The notes beneath the pieces were generated by a model. That model saw nothing but the letters and a program-made list of their open reading frames with translations, made no database searches and was not told the origin of the DNA. A program made the position numbers and the translations under genes. From Tubulanus polymorphus (taxonomy: Eukaryota; Animalia; Nemertea), in the NCBI RefSeq assembly GCF_964204645.1, contig NC_134028.1, forward strand, positions 868,001-932,000: a stretch of 64,000 bases of DNA, in the 5' to 3' direction. Shown here piece by piece: positions 21,747 through 35,000 of this stretch (the stretch's first letter is position 1; every line of letters begins with the position of its first letter).

Positions 21747-22651
21747 GTCCAATCCGGTGAAATAGTTACCAGTCGATACAACGTGCGAGATGAATAGTAC
21801 TTTATTGGTTAACACCAGGCGCCTCTACAAATCTAGTAATGGGTCCAGGGTCCAAACTGTTGCCTGTTTCACAGATCTATGTGATTATTTTATCGCTTAT
21901 TTCTCTTGTAGCCGTCTTTCTTTATAATAAACGTCCATCTATTTATTTTGTACAATATTTTACACTGTACACGAATTATATTATCATATCGTACCTTTTT
22001 ATTTACTGTAACAGACATTGGTTGCGTGAGTTTAATCGGGATCCGAATTGAACTGTTTTGACCAGCAACATCATGTTTGAAGCTGCATCAAATCCATATT
22101 CATTTTGTGTTAATTATCTATGTTTGATTTATAATGTCTGAGTGACAAAAACAAAGAAATTGTCAAGGTTTTTATGCATCTTCTTTGCTTGATAAATATA
22201 TTTTCAGGGTGTACATTGATTCAGTTGTATTATATATGTTTTATTTCACTAAGTATTTTATATATTGTATCACTATTATATATATATATATGTGTATTCT
22301 TCTTCAATTCTTGTCTGAACGTAAAGATATTTTCATCTTGATGGCAATGAATGGTTCTTGTTAAAAATCAAAATAAATACCCGAAGTGGCATTGGCAGTA
22401 TGTCTGTATACATTGGGGTGATAATATTTTAGTTGTACAGTTAACTGTAGATTGGTTCAAATATCTGATAAACTGTTTTTAAAGCTCATTCATTAGAATA
22501 GCATGTTATTATTGTACTGATATATTGATAAGACTCAATCAACCTACAGGGCTGCTGCTGCTGCTGCAGCTGCTGCTGTTTGGTTGGTTGTTAACCTTGC
22601 CTAACTGAACTATTATAAAAATATTTCATATGCATACTGAATATCAGATAT

Positions 22652-23514
22652 GTTAGTTCATTCTATTTCCTATGGTTCGGGGCACTTTGCCTGTGGTCTT
22701 CCCTTTGATCGGAATGGACTAAACCTTGGGTTAGGGTTACATCATATCCTTTGGGTTAATCCATTCTATTCCTAAGGTCCATAGCAGGTCACCAGTGGTC
22801 AACCCCAGTAGTGGAATGGACTAACCCTAGGGTTAGGGTTGAATCACAACCCTACGGTCCAGAGCTGGTGACCAGTGGTCAACCCTAGTAGTGGAATGGA
22901 CTAACCCTAGGGTTAGGGTTGAATCACAACCCTAAGGTCCAGAGCTGGTGACCAGTGGTCAACCCTAGTAGTGGAATGGACTAAACCTAGGGTTAGGGTT
23001 ACATCATATCCTTTGGGTTAATCCATTCTATTCCTAAGGTCCATAGCAGGTCACCAGTGGTCAACCCCAGTAGTGGAATGGACTAACCCTAGGGTTAGGG
23101 TTGAATCACAACCCTACGGTCCAGAGCTGGTGACCAGTGGTCAACCCTAGTAGTGGAATGGACTAACCCTAGGGTTAGGGTTGAATCACAACCCTAAGGT
23201 CCAGAGCTGGTGACCAGTGGTTACCCTAGTAGTGGAATGGACTAACCCTAGGGTTAGGGTTGAATCACAACCCTAAGGTCCAGAGCTGGTGATCAGTGGT
23301 CAACCCCAGTGGTGGAATGGACTAACCCTAGGGTTAGGGTTAAATCATATCCTTGGGGCTAGTTCATTCTATTCCCAAGGTAACTTCATTCTATTCCTAA
23401 GGCAGGTCAACTGTGGCCAAACCTAGGATTGTAATGGACCAATCAGAGGGTAGTGTTATGATAAAATCAATGTTTACCGTTAAAAGGTGTTTGTTTGATA
23501 AGCACTCAATCACA
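22652..23514 (+). repeat. Tandem 80/102-bp repeat containing TAACCCTAGGGTTAGGGTT, ending in the 113-bp conserved segment (probable TE-borne satellite)
   Basis: Unit GGTCCAGAGCTGGTGACCAGTGGTCAACCCTAGTAGTGGAATGGACTAACCCTAGGGTTAGGGTTGAATCACAACCCTA, about 8 units. Confidence 0.9.
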
Positions 23515-25793
23515 CATTGTTGAATGTATTAGAAACTTATAAAACATGACATTTTGATTAAAATTTAAGTAAAGGAAATAGAAATTTGTTGTCTATAAAA
23601 AAAAAACTCATAGAATTGATGGGTATCGTGCAAAATCAATATGTGATACATTGTAGATGTTACGTCCAAGTCCAAGAGAGATAATCTATAGATATATCAT
23701 AGTGTACAGTGTATACTGTAGCCTGTACACTGTATACTGTTAGATGTATTGTGATTTTGTGTCGTTCCGTGCCAGAAGTTGAAATAATCATACATAACAT
23801 GTACATTATAATATTACTTACTGTAAATGATTGATATTACTGAATAAATTTATTTATTTATACGGAAATGAAGGTCGTTTAGAGTAGTAAGAGGCTTGGA
23901 ACTCCAGCGAGGGCAGACTTGGAGAGACAGCAGGACTAGGGAAATGGAATAAGGTAGGGATCCTGGTTGCTTGATGCCACAGAGATGGGGACAACAACTG
24001 AACACACAAAGATCGTTATTTCAATTTGAGCAAAATAGAAATGATTTTTTTATTATACAAAGTCAAACAACCTTTATATAGCCTATACGGTATATATTCA
24101 TATCACATCCGATTTCAATATCGGTTTAAAACTCACTATCTTAACAATTTTAACAGTATTTACCCTCAATCAATTTAAACGACATACAAGTAGGAATGTA
24201 TGTTAACAGTATCTACCCTCAATCAATTAAAACGACATACAAATTGGAATGTATGTTTATATTATACAGTCACTACTTCAAGTCCTCATTTTGGATAAGT
24301 CGTCACATTAGTGAAGCCTTTTCAGTCCCAAATTGTATTTTGAATTCAATTTACTAAAGTATTAGTTGTCAACATAATGACCTTCACAGTAACGATGACT
24401 TAACGTTGATCATCGAGGTGTACGACACTATATAATGGATGATAAGATCTTCATAACGATGACTGATACAGAAGTGAACTCCATTCAGGGGCAACTCACG
24501 GTCAGTAAAGCCTGCTGCATCATAACTTACAAACACCAACATCTACATGTTTGTGGTTAAAATCACATTCTAAATGTTTAAACAACAATTGTACAAAATC
24601 GATTAAAAGACAATTTGTAAAAGGGTTAATTTGATTGCTCCATGCATCACAACCAATGAAAAAAGACAACCATTTCACACACAACTCGAGGCCTTCAATA
24701 TTTTACATGTCGATCCTGAAGAAGTGGTTCTTTTTCTCTGAGATAAATTCAAGGCTTCACAGTTTTCAGATATGATTAAGTAGATGACAACCAATTTACA
24801 GACAATCGGCAGCAGCAGTTTTTGATATCATTTATATAGGGATAATATTCATTATAATAAATAATTCTATTGGGTGTTTGATTATTCAGGTTATTATATT
24901 ATGATTCTATATAATATTATTGCACTTAATCCTACAAAAGCATTATGATTTTTTAACACCAGGAACTGAGTCTGATAATTGGCAGTTAAATTTGAATTAA
25001 TTTACAATGTTTCAACTGAAATGTCAAATTTTAACTGAATCCACATAAATGGTAGTATGGAAAATTTCCCTAAGCAACAAAATCAATTCAATTGATATCG
25101 TGCTCTAGATTCTAAGTAATGGAATATGAGGATATATAGAATAAACATGTATTATCGAGGCACTGAAAGCATTTAGATAGGAATATAATAAGAATATGGA
25201 CGGATTTATTGTTTCTGCACTTTATAAGTCTGACAGAGAATGAACCTCAAGTGTTTAAGTAGAGTTAGGAAGATTCAATAGATATGTGTTGTATGCAATA
25301 TATGATATATACTCTCAACTAAATCAATGAAAACAATTTGATATAATCTCATATCGGAAAAACTGGCAGCAGGTACATAAAACAGCACTTCAGACAACCA
25401 TTAAACAATACATTAATATTAGGGCACAGTTAAGGAAGTAGGGACCTTCTGAAACCCCTAGCCCCATAGTAACAGAAGACCCTATATCATCTGAAACAAC
25501 CCCCCTAATAGGCTATGATCTCAACAGCCCCAGGAATGGCAGACCCTATTTTCATGTGAAACGCCCCCTTGAAATCATTATGACAGCCCCATATAGTTAA
25601 GGAACCCCAACAAGCTTTAGTTCTATAAGTGCACTGGTATGCATTATAGTTTATAAGTAGAATGGATGAATTGTGAAACTATTAAAGCCTACAGTATAAA
25701 TAATTATAGCAGTTCTTACTCATTATATCATTATTATTATTGTGAATGATAGATGTGAAAATACAGTAAACGAATAGAAGTTTAATGAGTTTT

Positions 25794-26063
25794 TTACTCT
25801 CCGTTCACCGGTGAAGTCGACCTCATCGCGTCTGCTCCCGGTACGATTAAAGTCGGACTATTCTGCGTTTCTCTGTTGTTGGCGTTTGAGTTTCGCGCGG
25901 ACAGCGGTCGAGAGATGGACGTCGGATGAGCGGAATGCGGCCGGGACACGCTTCGTCCTGACAGCGGTCGTTGATCCGGAGATCCTCCGGCACGTCTAGC
26001 AGATGCTGGACTCGCAGTCGTTTTAGCTCTGTTTATCATCTGAGGTGATAACGGTCGATTACT
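25794..26063 (-). CDS. QRICH2-like probable terminal coding exon (RPxS-rich)
   Basis: TTTTGTAG acceptor in phase 0; RPLS/RPHS repeats; TAA at 25794. Confidence 0.75.
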   Translation of the reverse strand, partial: SNRPLSPQMINRAKTTASPASARRAGGSPDQRPLSGRSVSRPHSAHPTSISRPLSARNSNANNRETQNSPTLIVPGADAMRSTSPVNGE

Positions 26064-29000
26064 CTACAAAAATATCAAAACAAACAACAATCAATAAACA
26101 TCATATTCAATCTGCTGTTTCCCCCTGTGACCTCGCTATGACCCCTGACCCCTCTGTGACCTCGCTATGACCCCTGACCCCTCTGTGACCTAACTGCGAC
26201 CCCTGATCCTTTATAGATTCTAGAAGGCTTGGAAAAAGCTTGGGATTTCTATCAAATTACAGTCATATGTGTGAGTTATATGAATGTTTATGAAGTGATA
26301 ATCCTAGGATCCTCCATGAGTTCATATCTACATCTGTCTTAACCAATCACTCTCCCTAGAGAAGTCTATGGACTGGATATTGATTATATGATATTTATCC
26401 TTATTTGATAAATAACATGTAGCAGATATCATCATTGTACCTACCCAGCCTACCCATCCATGAAATAGGTTTTTGGGATGGAGTTTAACGTTTCTCCACA
26501 AAATCTTTCCAACAAAGATTATTTAAAGAGTTATTACCAATAAAATAAGACAAAACAACATAGAAATGAATATAATTTTCGATTGAAAGAAATAATTTTT
26601 GTTTGTACGCGATCTTTAAATCACAAGTAAATCATAATCAAAAGAAGGAATTCATAAATATAGTGCAGTGATTGACAGGTTTGCAGTGTAGATGTAACCC
26701 CAACCCCCTTCCTTCAGCACATATAAAGGGAATCAGCTAATCACACGCAGTAAAGCCCAGATAGAAACTCCACTTGGCAAAATGAGAGACATTTAGTCTA
26801 AAGCCGAATGGTTGTATCTGAATATGAGTTTTTGAGTGGTGTTTTATCTTGGCTATACTCATCATGAGCCATGTCTACGTAAAGTCTGAAAACATTTCAA
26901 GACTTGCTCAAGTCAATCAATGTTACTTCTGATGATCCACAATAACCTTTCACTGGTGATAATCAAGCTGCAGTTTTTTCTCACTGAATTTATCAAATTA
27001 TCAGATTCTGGGTAGACACAGCTCTGTACGATACATACATCACAGCATATCATATCAGAATTCAAATCATAAAGAAAAGTTTAGCAGGAAATACTCAGGT
27101 GTTTCATACCTAATGTGATGTAAAGTTTGTGTTGACTAAACTCTGCATATTAAAGACAAAATAGTCAATGAGCGACTGAGTGACATGAGTGAACTTATAA
27201 ATCTTGTCTTTAGGTAGGATCTAGGTTGATGAACAGAGTCCAGTTGCAAAGTCGTGGTCTTAAATCTTAAGACTGGTCTTGTTAGATTGACAATACAGTA
27301 ATTAAGTATTAGACTGGTCTTAAAGCTAAGCTATGACTCTGCAACTGGCCCCAGTAGGTTGATGGCTGGGGCTGGGAGACTGTACGCTGGGACTGCATTA
27401 TCTACGTACTAATAGCAGTGGTGTGGTTTGCTTTGTGTGGAAACTAAAATGTGATGAATTATTCATTTGAATCGTAGACCTCACCTGAGCTGAGGGTAGG
27501 GGTGGAAATCTTTTTGTTTCATTCATCTCCTGTATAAACATGGTTAATACATGTTTTATACATGTACAAATGAGTTATGTACATATGTACTCATGCAAGA
27601 TGACTTAATCAATAATTAAAATCTTTTATGATCTTCAATCTGATGATTATTGCATGCAAGATTTAAGTGAATTGAAAGAGTATAAGGGAGTTCAAACAAT
27701 CATTTCAAATAAAACTATAAGTTGTGATCAAGTTCTACCTACTGGTCTAAAAGACACAGATTTTCTCAATGATTTCTGAAATACAATTTCTTCAATAGCA
27801 ACGATAGGTGGAAAAACCTAAATAAATATCTCTAAATGATGAACAATGCTTCAGGTTAAAGAAAATTCAACTAAGATTAGGTAATGTCTCCATTTTGATA
27901 GTGTTACCTGATTTTGATTGACAGCTGGCAAGCGATCGACACGCCCCTTATAGATGTGACCATCAGCACCTTGAATGTCTAATTCCTCTCTATAAATGAA
28001 AAAGGTTCTGTTTAGTTAAATCTGATCTTCACTTGAGTCATTGTGGACCGGTTTTCATATTTGCGAACTTACTTAAAAGCCTGCACAGGTACTGGTGGCT
28101 CATCTTCCCTGAATAGATTACTGTCAAATACAATAAATAACATGTTATGTTAAACTAGAAATATGCCTCTATTTGGGTAGACTAGTACAAACTCTTACTG
28201 CTGTACAGTTAGAAACCCCTAAGAGTAGTTAATTCTTCATCAAAATACCCCCACAGACCAATTAGTCTTTTTCATGTGAGATTCAATACACAAACGGACG
28301 AACGGATGGACCTGACTCCATCACAAAAATAGATACAGCCTGCTTTGAGATATGGGTAAATAGGAGGGGAAGAATGTTTAAATACCTGAGATGTGTTAAT
28401 CTAGTCACTCGTTTGTGAGGATATGTCATAGTATGGCTGCCTCCACATGGCCTTGCTGTTGAATAAAGCTGCTCGGCGATATCAGGAGCACCAAAACTAA
28501 ATGAAATGAATATATACATTGTACAGCTTATAGGAAAACATTTGCAACAGTTTTTAAACAGTTTATATTTCGAAGAATCCATTATATATAAATCACATGC
28601 AAAATAAACATGATTCAATTGAAATGAGTTGAATGAACGTGAATTCGACATAAAAGAAATAAGAAGGAAAAGCCAAAACTTGTTGAAACTTACGGATTTT
28701 GAGGTGGGGGTTGCCGGCAAGGGCTTTGAGGAATTAGCTGTTGTTTGTTTGTTGTTCCTTTGCCGAAATGGACTAGATAAGCGTGGAAATCAGCTTTACG
28801 CATACGTGCAACATGTCGCAGGTACAACGCACGCTCAAAATTATTTTGTGCTTTTCCCATATTACAACTATAGGTATAGATGTTAGTAATAAGAAACAGA
28901 CAGTGATAGATGCTAAGTTAGTAACACATACAGTTGTAGGTGTTAGCACGACAGACAGAGAGACATACACACAGACAGTTAATTAGACAGACAGACAGTT

Positions 29001-32000
29001 AATTAGACAGACAGATCAATCACAAAGACAGAAGAGGCTGATTATATATAGATGAAAGAAGCTTGTTTAGTGGAGGTGAAACTGTGGAAAAACCATGGAA
29101 GATTTGAATCCATAATCCAGATTTGGAGGATTTCAAGGGTAGCCCTTACTACAGCTATGGAGGAGGGAGGGATTGCACTCCACTGAGCAAACAAAGTTCT
29201 AAATGATCTTGAATGACACCCAAGCATAAGGAGAAACGAAGAATAAGATTGAAATATTAGTTAAGGCTAGGTTAGTAGTAGCAGAGTAAGAGTTTAAGTG
29301 TTTACCCCATTGCTGGTGAAGTTGTTCGTTTGTCTAAAGTTGATTTAGGTGAATTTTGTCTAAATAATGTGCAGTGCAATTAATAATACATTAATACAAC
29401 ACGACATGTCAGAGATAGAAAGTGAGTTTGCAAAGACACACATATAATTGATTAGGTATGTAAATGATATGCAAAATACCTGTTAGATTTATTATAATGT
29501 CCTCTGATTATGAAAACAAATATGAATTAATTTAACTAATTTGCATAAAAAAATGGTTGAATTGAAGCTGACAGTTATAGATTATATGTAAGCTAACATA
29601 TTTAGAGATGGGAATTGTAAGTTATCTATTGGTACTGGGTTGTGTAAATTCTAACAAGTCTCTATATTAATACGCCTAGGATTCTGGTGGTGAATTCACT
29701 TACAGTTTTGCTTGTTGTCGAATCTGTTCTAGTTCAAATGTAGTATAAGGTCTTGAAGAACGATTTCCTGGTAAACCTGATTGGCCGGGAAGAGCAGGGA
29801 TTGGTCTACAACATCAATACAACATTGACAATTATCATAGAATTCAATTATAGCTACATTTTTTTTAAACAAAGTTTGTATCTTACCCATGAGGGAACAT
29901 ATCTACAGGCCGGTCACAAGATATACAATGATATCTTTGAGCCATTTGTCTAGAAATAAAACATCATAAATTTATTAAAGTAGTTAATAAGGAATTGCAG
30001 ACCCAACATAATAAACTTTGATTCAGTCTTAGATAAGGTATTTAACTATGAGATCAAATCTAATTTCTGTAGTTTTATGGAGCTCATAAAATGATCATGA
30101 AAAATACAAACATAAATCAATCTTGGTTAAGTCGACATTGTACGTCACATTAATGAAGTCGCCCTTAATTTTGAGTTTCTAATTCAAATTTACTAAGTGT
30201 AAGTCATCATTTGGATAAGTCCTCAATATTATGATTATCCCAACTAGGATGACTTGAGCAGCAAGTCTTGCTGTAACGTGTTCATTAACTTACTTCCTGA
30301 TACCAGCAGCGTCGTCATCGTTCATATCAGTCATATTCATCCCTTTAATCTTATTGTTCAAAGCTTTCAATCTGCTTTCAAGATAATCTTTTAAAGCGTC
30401 GAGTTCCAATCGATCGATTTTATTATCGATTTCTTTACTCAATTCAGCAATCGCTTGTTTCCATTCTTCGTCCTACAGTTGAATAAACATGTCACACTGG
30501 TCTTAACCTTTTTGAACAAGGAAAAATCGAACTTTAACTCTTAACTTAGATTATATGATCATCATTTATCTTTATCTACTTCAATTTCTCATTGTTAATA
30601 TCATCACCAACATCATCATCCTTTTTAAATCATTTTCTAATTCATTTATTTTTTGGCCCTTCACTCGAGTACAGCCTCCTGGTTCGGTCATTGTCCTTTC
30701 CCCTTTTTCTTATAAACTACAAGTATGTACTATTCTATGTATTTATAAAAAAGAGATTTGTCAAAAACTTACATGTCCATCCAATCTATTGAGTATATCA
30801 TTAATAGCTTTATTAATTTCAGCCACTGTATTCTCAAATACACTACTGTTCAGTTTAGCATCCAACATCTTTTTATCAGCTTTCTGTATCAACAAATTGT
30901 GAGTTTATTATGATGACATAAACTGAAATTCTGAAATTTTGGATTCATCTCAATCTGACTCACCTCTTCCAAACCGTTATCGACATAATCCTTATCAGCT
31001 TTCTTTTCATCTAACTGTTTGGTAACATCCACAAGTTCCTATTGATTGAAAACAAGCATGAAATTACATATATAAACTCAAAGGGCTGGTATAAAAAATC
31101 CGTTGCAATATCATAAGATTTCCTGTGCTAATAATGATAACAATTCATTATTCAAAAGTACAATTTACATCAAAACAATCTCATATAGTTCTTTACAAAA
31201 TAGATCGGAAAAAGTGACTAATCATAAAACTATATGAACTTAAAGAGTAGTAAAAAGACTCATGCATTGATCTTATAACTGACATCATTGTAGACAGACT
31301 TGATGAAGTCGTGAGTTAATTTTACCTCAATTTGTTTAGTTTTGTTGTTGTTCTCGTCCATTAAGAATTGTGTAGTATTGAGCAGTTTATCGATTTCAGA
31401 TTGTAACTGTGCGATAGCTCTATGTGCTCGGTTCAATGCTTCAGTGTCCTACAATCATTAAACATGCATTACGCAATCAAAAAATCGGAAAAACTCTATA
31501 AAGTGGTTGGAATTATAGACTGAGTCTTATCTACAGTTGAACTGAGAGTGAAAATAGCAGAGGATGTTTAAACTAGTTTCTCCATCCATGGAAGAACTAA
31601 CAAAGTCTATCTTCACAATGTTCTAATGATTCCAAAATGAAACTATCATAATTGATATTACAGTTAGTGGCCCTGAATTCAGGTGTTGACAATGATACAT
31701 CATCAAGATCAAGTTACAATCAAGGGACACATTAATTTACTGTGTATTACATGATAGAATCCAGTTCTACAGTTTTCACAGGCAGGTTACAACCTGCCTC
31801 GGGTGGAGGAGCAAACGCACAACCATACTCGAGTCAAGAGTGACTGTGCATGGTTATTCAAATCTGATAAATTGGATATAATTTTTTAGTCATAACTGTA
31901 GAACTGGGTGTCGAGGTCAGGGTGTACACTATATACATATAAAGATACTATATTCAGTGAGGGAAACACCAAATTCCAAACACTTATTCATTCTACACAG

Positions 32001-35000
32001 AGGAGTGAGAGGGAGATTTGCTGAAATAAAATAATTGATATCAGCACCAGTGAATTCGTTTTTTCATAATATATAGGGTATATGTATATATAGGGTACTG
32101 ATAGTGGTGACATCTATGAGACGTTTAAGGAAACAGTAATCACACAATATCATCCTGTCAGGTGTAAAAAGAAAACATGCAGTTTACATATTCAGAGTTT
32201 AACGAGTGACTTGGGACTCGTTTTATCTTTGTGTCACTGGTTTTGCGCTATTTTTAAACTTGTTTACCCTAAATAATGAATAAAACACATATCACAGGGA
32301 CCTAGATACAACATTCTTTCACTGACACAGAGCCATTTACAAATCAATGCTATCTATCAGGGAGAGGTGTAAATTCCTCTGATTGCAAATCAGCAAAGGA
32401 ATTTTTATTGTGTTGGTATTATTCTCTTATCTCGCGTGTGACCAAGAATTTTGGGCAAAGGCCACCAGGAAAACCCCCTCAACATAACCACTCAGGACAT
32501 TTGCTAATGACTCTTATCAGATAGTCAGTGATAGTTAAATTCCAGTTGACATAATACTGGCATTGGTCAGTTCATTACAGTTCCTGGTTGGTGACATCCC
32601 CAAGGCTGGAATGGACTAACCCCAGGGTTAGGGTTTAATCATAATCCTAGGGTTAGTTCATTCTACACCTAAGGTACAGAGCAGGTCACCAGTGGCAACC
32701 CTAAGGGTGGAATGGACTAACCCTAGGGTTAGGGTTAAATCATAATCATAGGGTAAGTCCATCCTGATTCAGAGGTCGAGGTGGTCACCACCTCAAACTG
32801 ACCATACCTATGGTTGGAATGGACTGGCCTATTGGTCATTGGTTTTGATTCAAGATATTTTCACAAGATTCAAGTCACTCTTTTTCCAAATATATAACAC
32901 ATAAAATACATAGAATACATTTAACAAGTCTCTTACTACAGCAGTAGCAGCTGTGGCTGTAGAGTGAATCTTTGAATTCAGAACACACTCTGATGATGAT
33001 AATGATGAAGATGACAATGATTTATTTTCATCTTTGAAGTTTGGTTTTAGTTCTTTTTCATCTTTTGCAAAAGATTCATCGTCATCATCAAAAACAACAT
33101 CGATATCATTATCATTATCAACATGATCTAATTTATCATTATCACGATTATCGTCATGAGAGGTGTGATCTGATTCACGTCGAGAAGGTCTGTCTTCATT
33201 CTCGTGAAAGTTGTTAAAACCCTAAAATAGAATTTAGTTTTGAACTAATTTTTCCCACAGCCAGAACAAAAATAAGAATACTAAGTCAAGTACCGGGTTT
33301 CGGATAATTTCTATACTGGCAAAACTTAAATCGACTTCAATCTAGAGTTTTGTGGTGACTAAGATCTAGATCTAAGATCCCAGCCAGTTGCACAGCTGTA
33401 ACTCAGTCCTTAATGTCCTACCTCTTACTGATAAGTTTTAAGTGGTTAGATTGGATATAGTATCAAGAGTACTATGAGGTTCTAAGCCGTGACTGGTTTC
33501 AAACTAAAAGCATCTGATCAATAGAATACGTGATGAATGGTTACATAAACTCTTTGAATGTTTTATAAGGTAATTACAGTTCATGCACGTCCTGCATGAC
33601 TACAATAGTCTACTGATGATATACAATAGTCTACTGATGATCTACAATAGTCTACTGATGATCTACAATAATCCACTGATGATCTACAATAATCCACTGA
33701 TGATCTACAATAGTCTACTGATGATCTACAATAGTCTACTGATCTACAATAGTCTACTGATGATCTACAATAGTCTACTGATGATCTACAATAATCCACT
33801 GATGATCTACAATAGTCTACTGATGATCTAAAATAGTCTACTGATCTACAATACAAGCTGCAGCCAATGTTTCTTCACGTAATAGATGTTGTAAGTGATG
33901 CTGGTTTTGTTGTTGTTGCTGAAGCTACCAAACTCTTTACTCTAGAATTAGTGACAACTTGTAAATTACACCAAATAACAGCCAATCATTCGTCATCGAT
34001 GCAATTAGACACAAGGTTTTTGGGATATCATTTGTATTATTTCAATATGATGAAATGTAATTCATCAAAACCAGTTTTCAAAGGCTGTTTTAGACAAGTC
34101 GGTGGTGGGTGATATTGGAAGAGAGCCTTTCTTCAAACCATGCAAATAATCGTAGACTGTTATTGAATACCTTGTTATTAGTTGTTAAATCAGACTAGTA
34201 AAAAATTACATAAATTACAACATTATGAATTAAAAGAATGTATTAAATCAGCTCTAGAATCATTAGCGATAAGTTTTATCAGTAATAAACGATTTAAGAA
34301 TATCTATAAATAGTTTTTTTACCTTTTGTCGATTTGCGCTGTCCTGTTTGAACAAAACAAACAAAGCAAAAAATGATTAACCATCAAAGTTAGAATCGAA
34401 TGCATGAAACTAAAACTGAACATAACTTCAACAATTCATGATTGGAAAATGAAACAAAGCTAAAATAAAAAGAAAATGAATTGAAATGTACAGGAACGAA
34501 GAGCCGGTTTTAACAGTTGAGAGTTGACTCTAAATGAAAATGAACTAATGTAGATCTGTGATTGAACAGAGGGTGCGTGTACTGACCCTATCACTTATAC
34601 CAGACTGATGAGCATGTATCAACGAATTCTCAATTTTATCCTGTAATTCACCAAGCAGTTTCTCAACTAGCGCCACCTTATCTTTCATCTGTTGAAATTC
34701 TTTCATCGAATCGAAGTTCATTTTATGTACTTTCTGCGCGAGTTGTTTTAATTCAGCCGTATTACGAGCGACCATGTTCTGTAGAGCCGCGTACTGTTCA
34801 CCTGTTAATACTCGAGAACTAGCTTTACGTATCACCGCTACCTGACTCGGAATACGCTCTACTTTAGGAGCTGCAGGAACAACAACTTCTTCCGAAACTT
34901 TCTCCATACTTTTCTCCTTCACAACCACTTTAACTTCTTCCTGCTCTGCTGCTGCTGCTGCTGCTGCTGCGTCTAGCTCCGATTCCTGCAGATTTTCATC

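Noticed and set aside
29150-29333. Candidate minus-strand mini-exons 29333-29306 (28 nt) and 29182-29150 (33 nt)
   Set aside because: The first shifts the frame and the second has a stop in the required phase 2, so both were left out of the gene model.
33581-33856. SSVDYCR-repeat ORF
   Set aside because: It is a 21-bp minisatellite with no phase-compatible splice context found.
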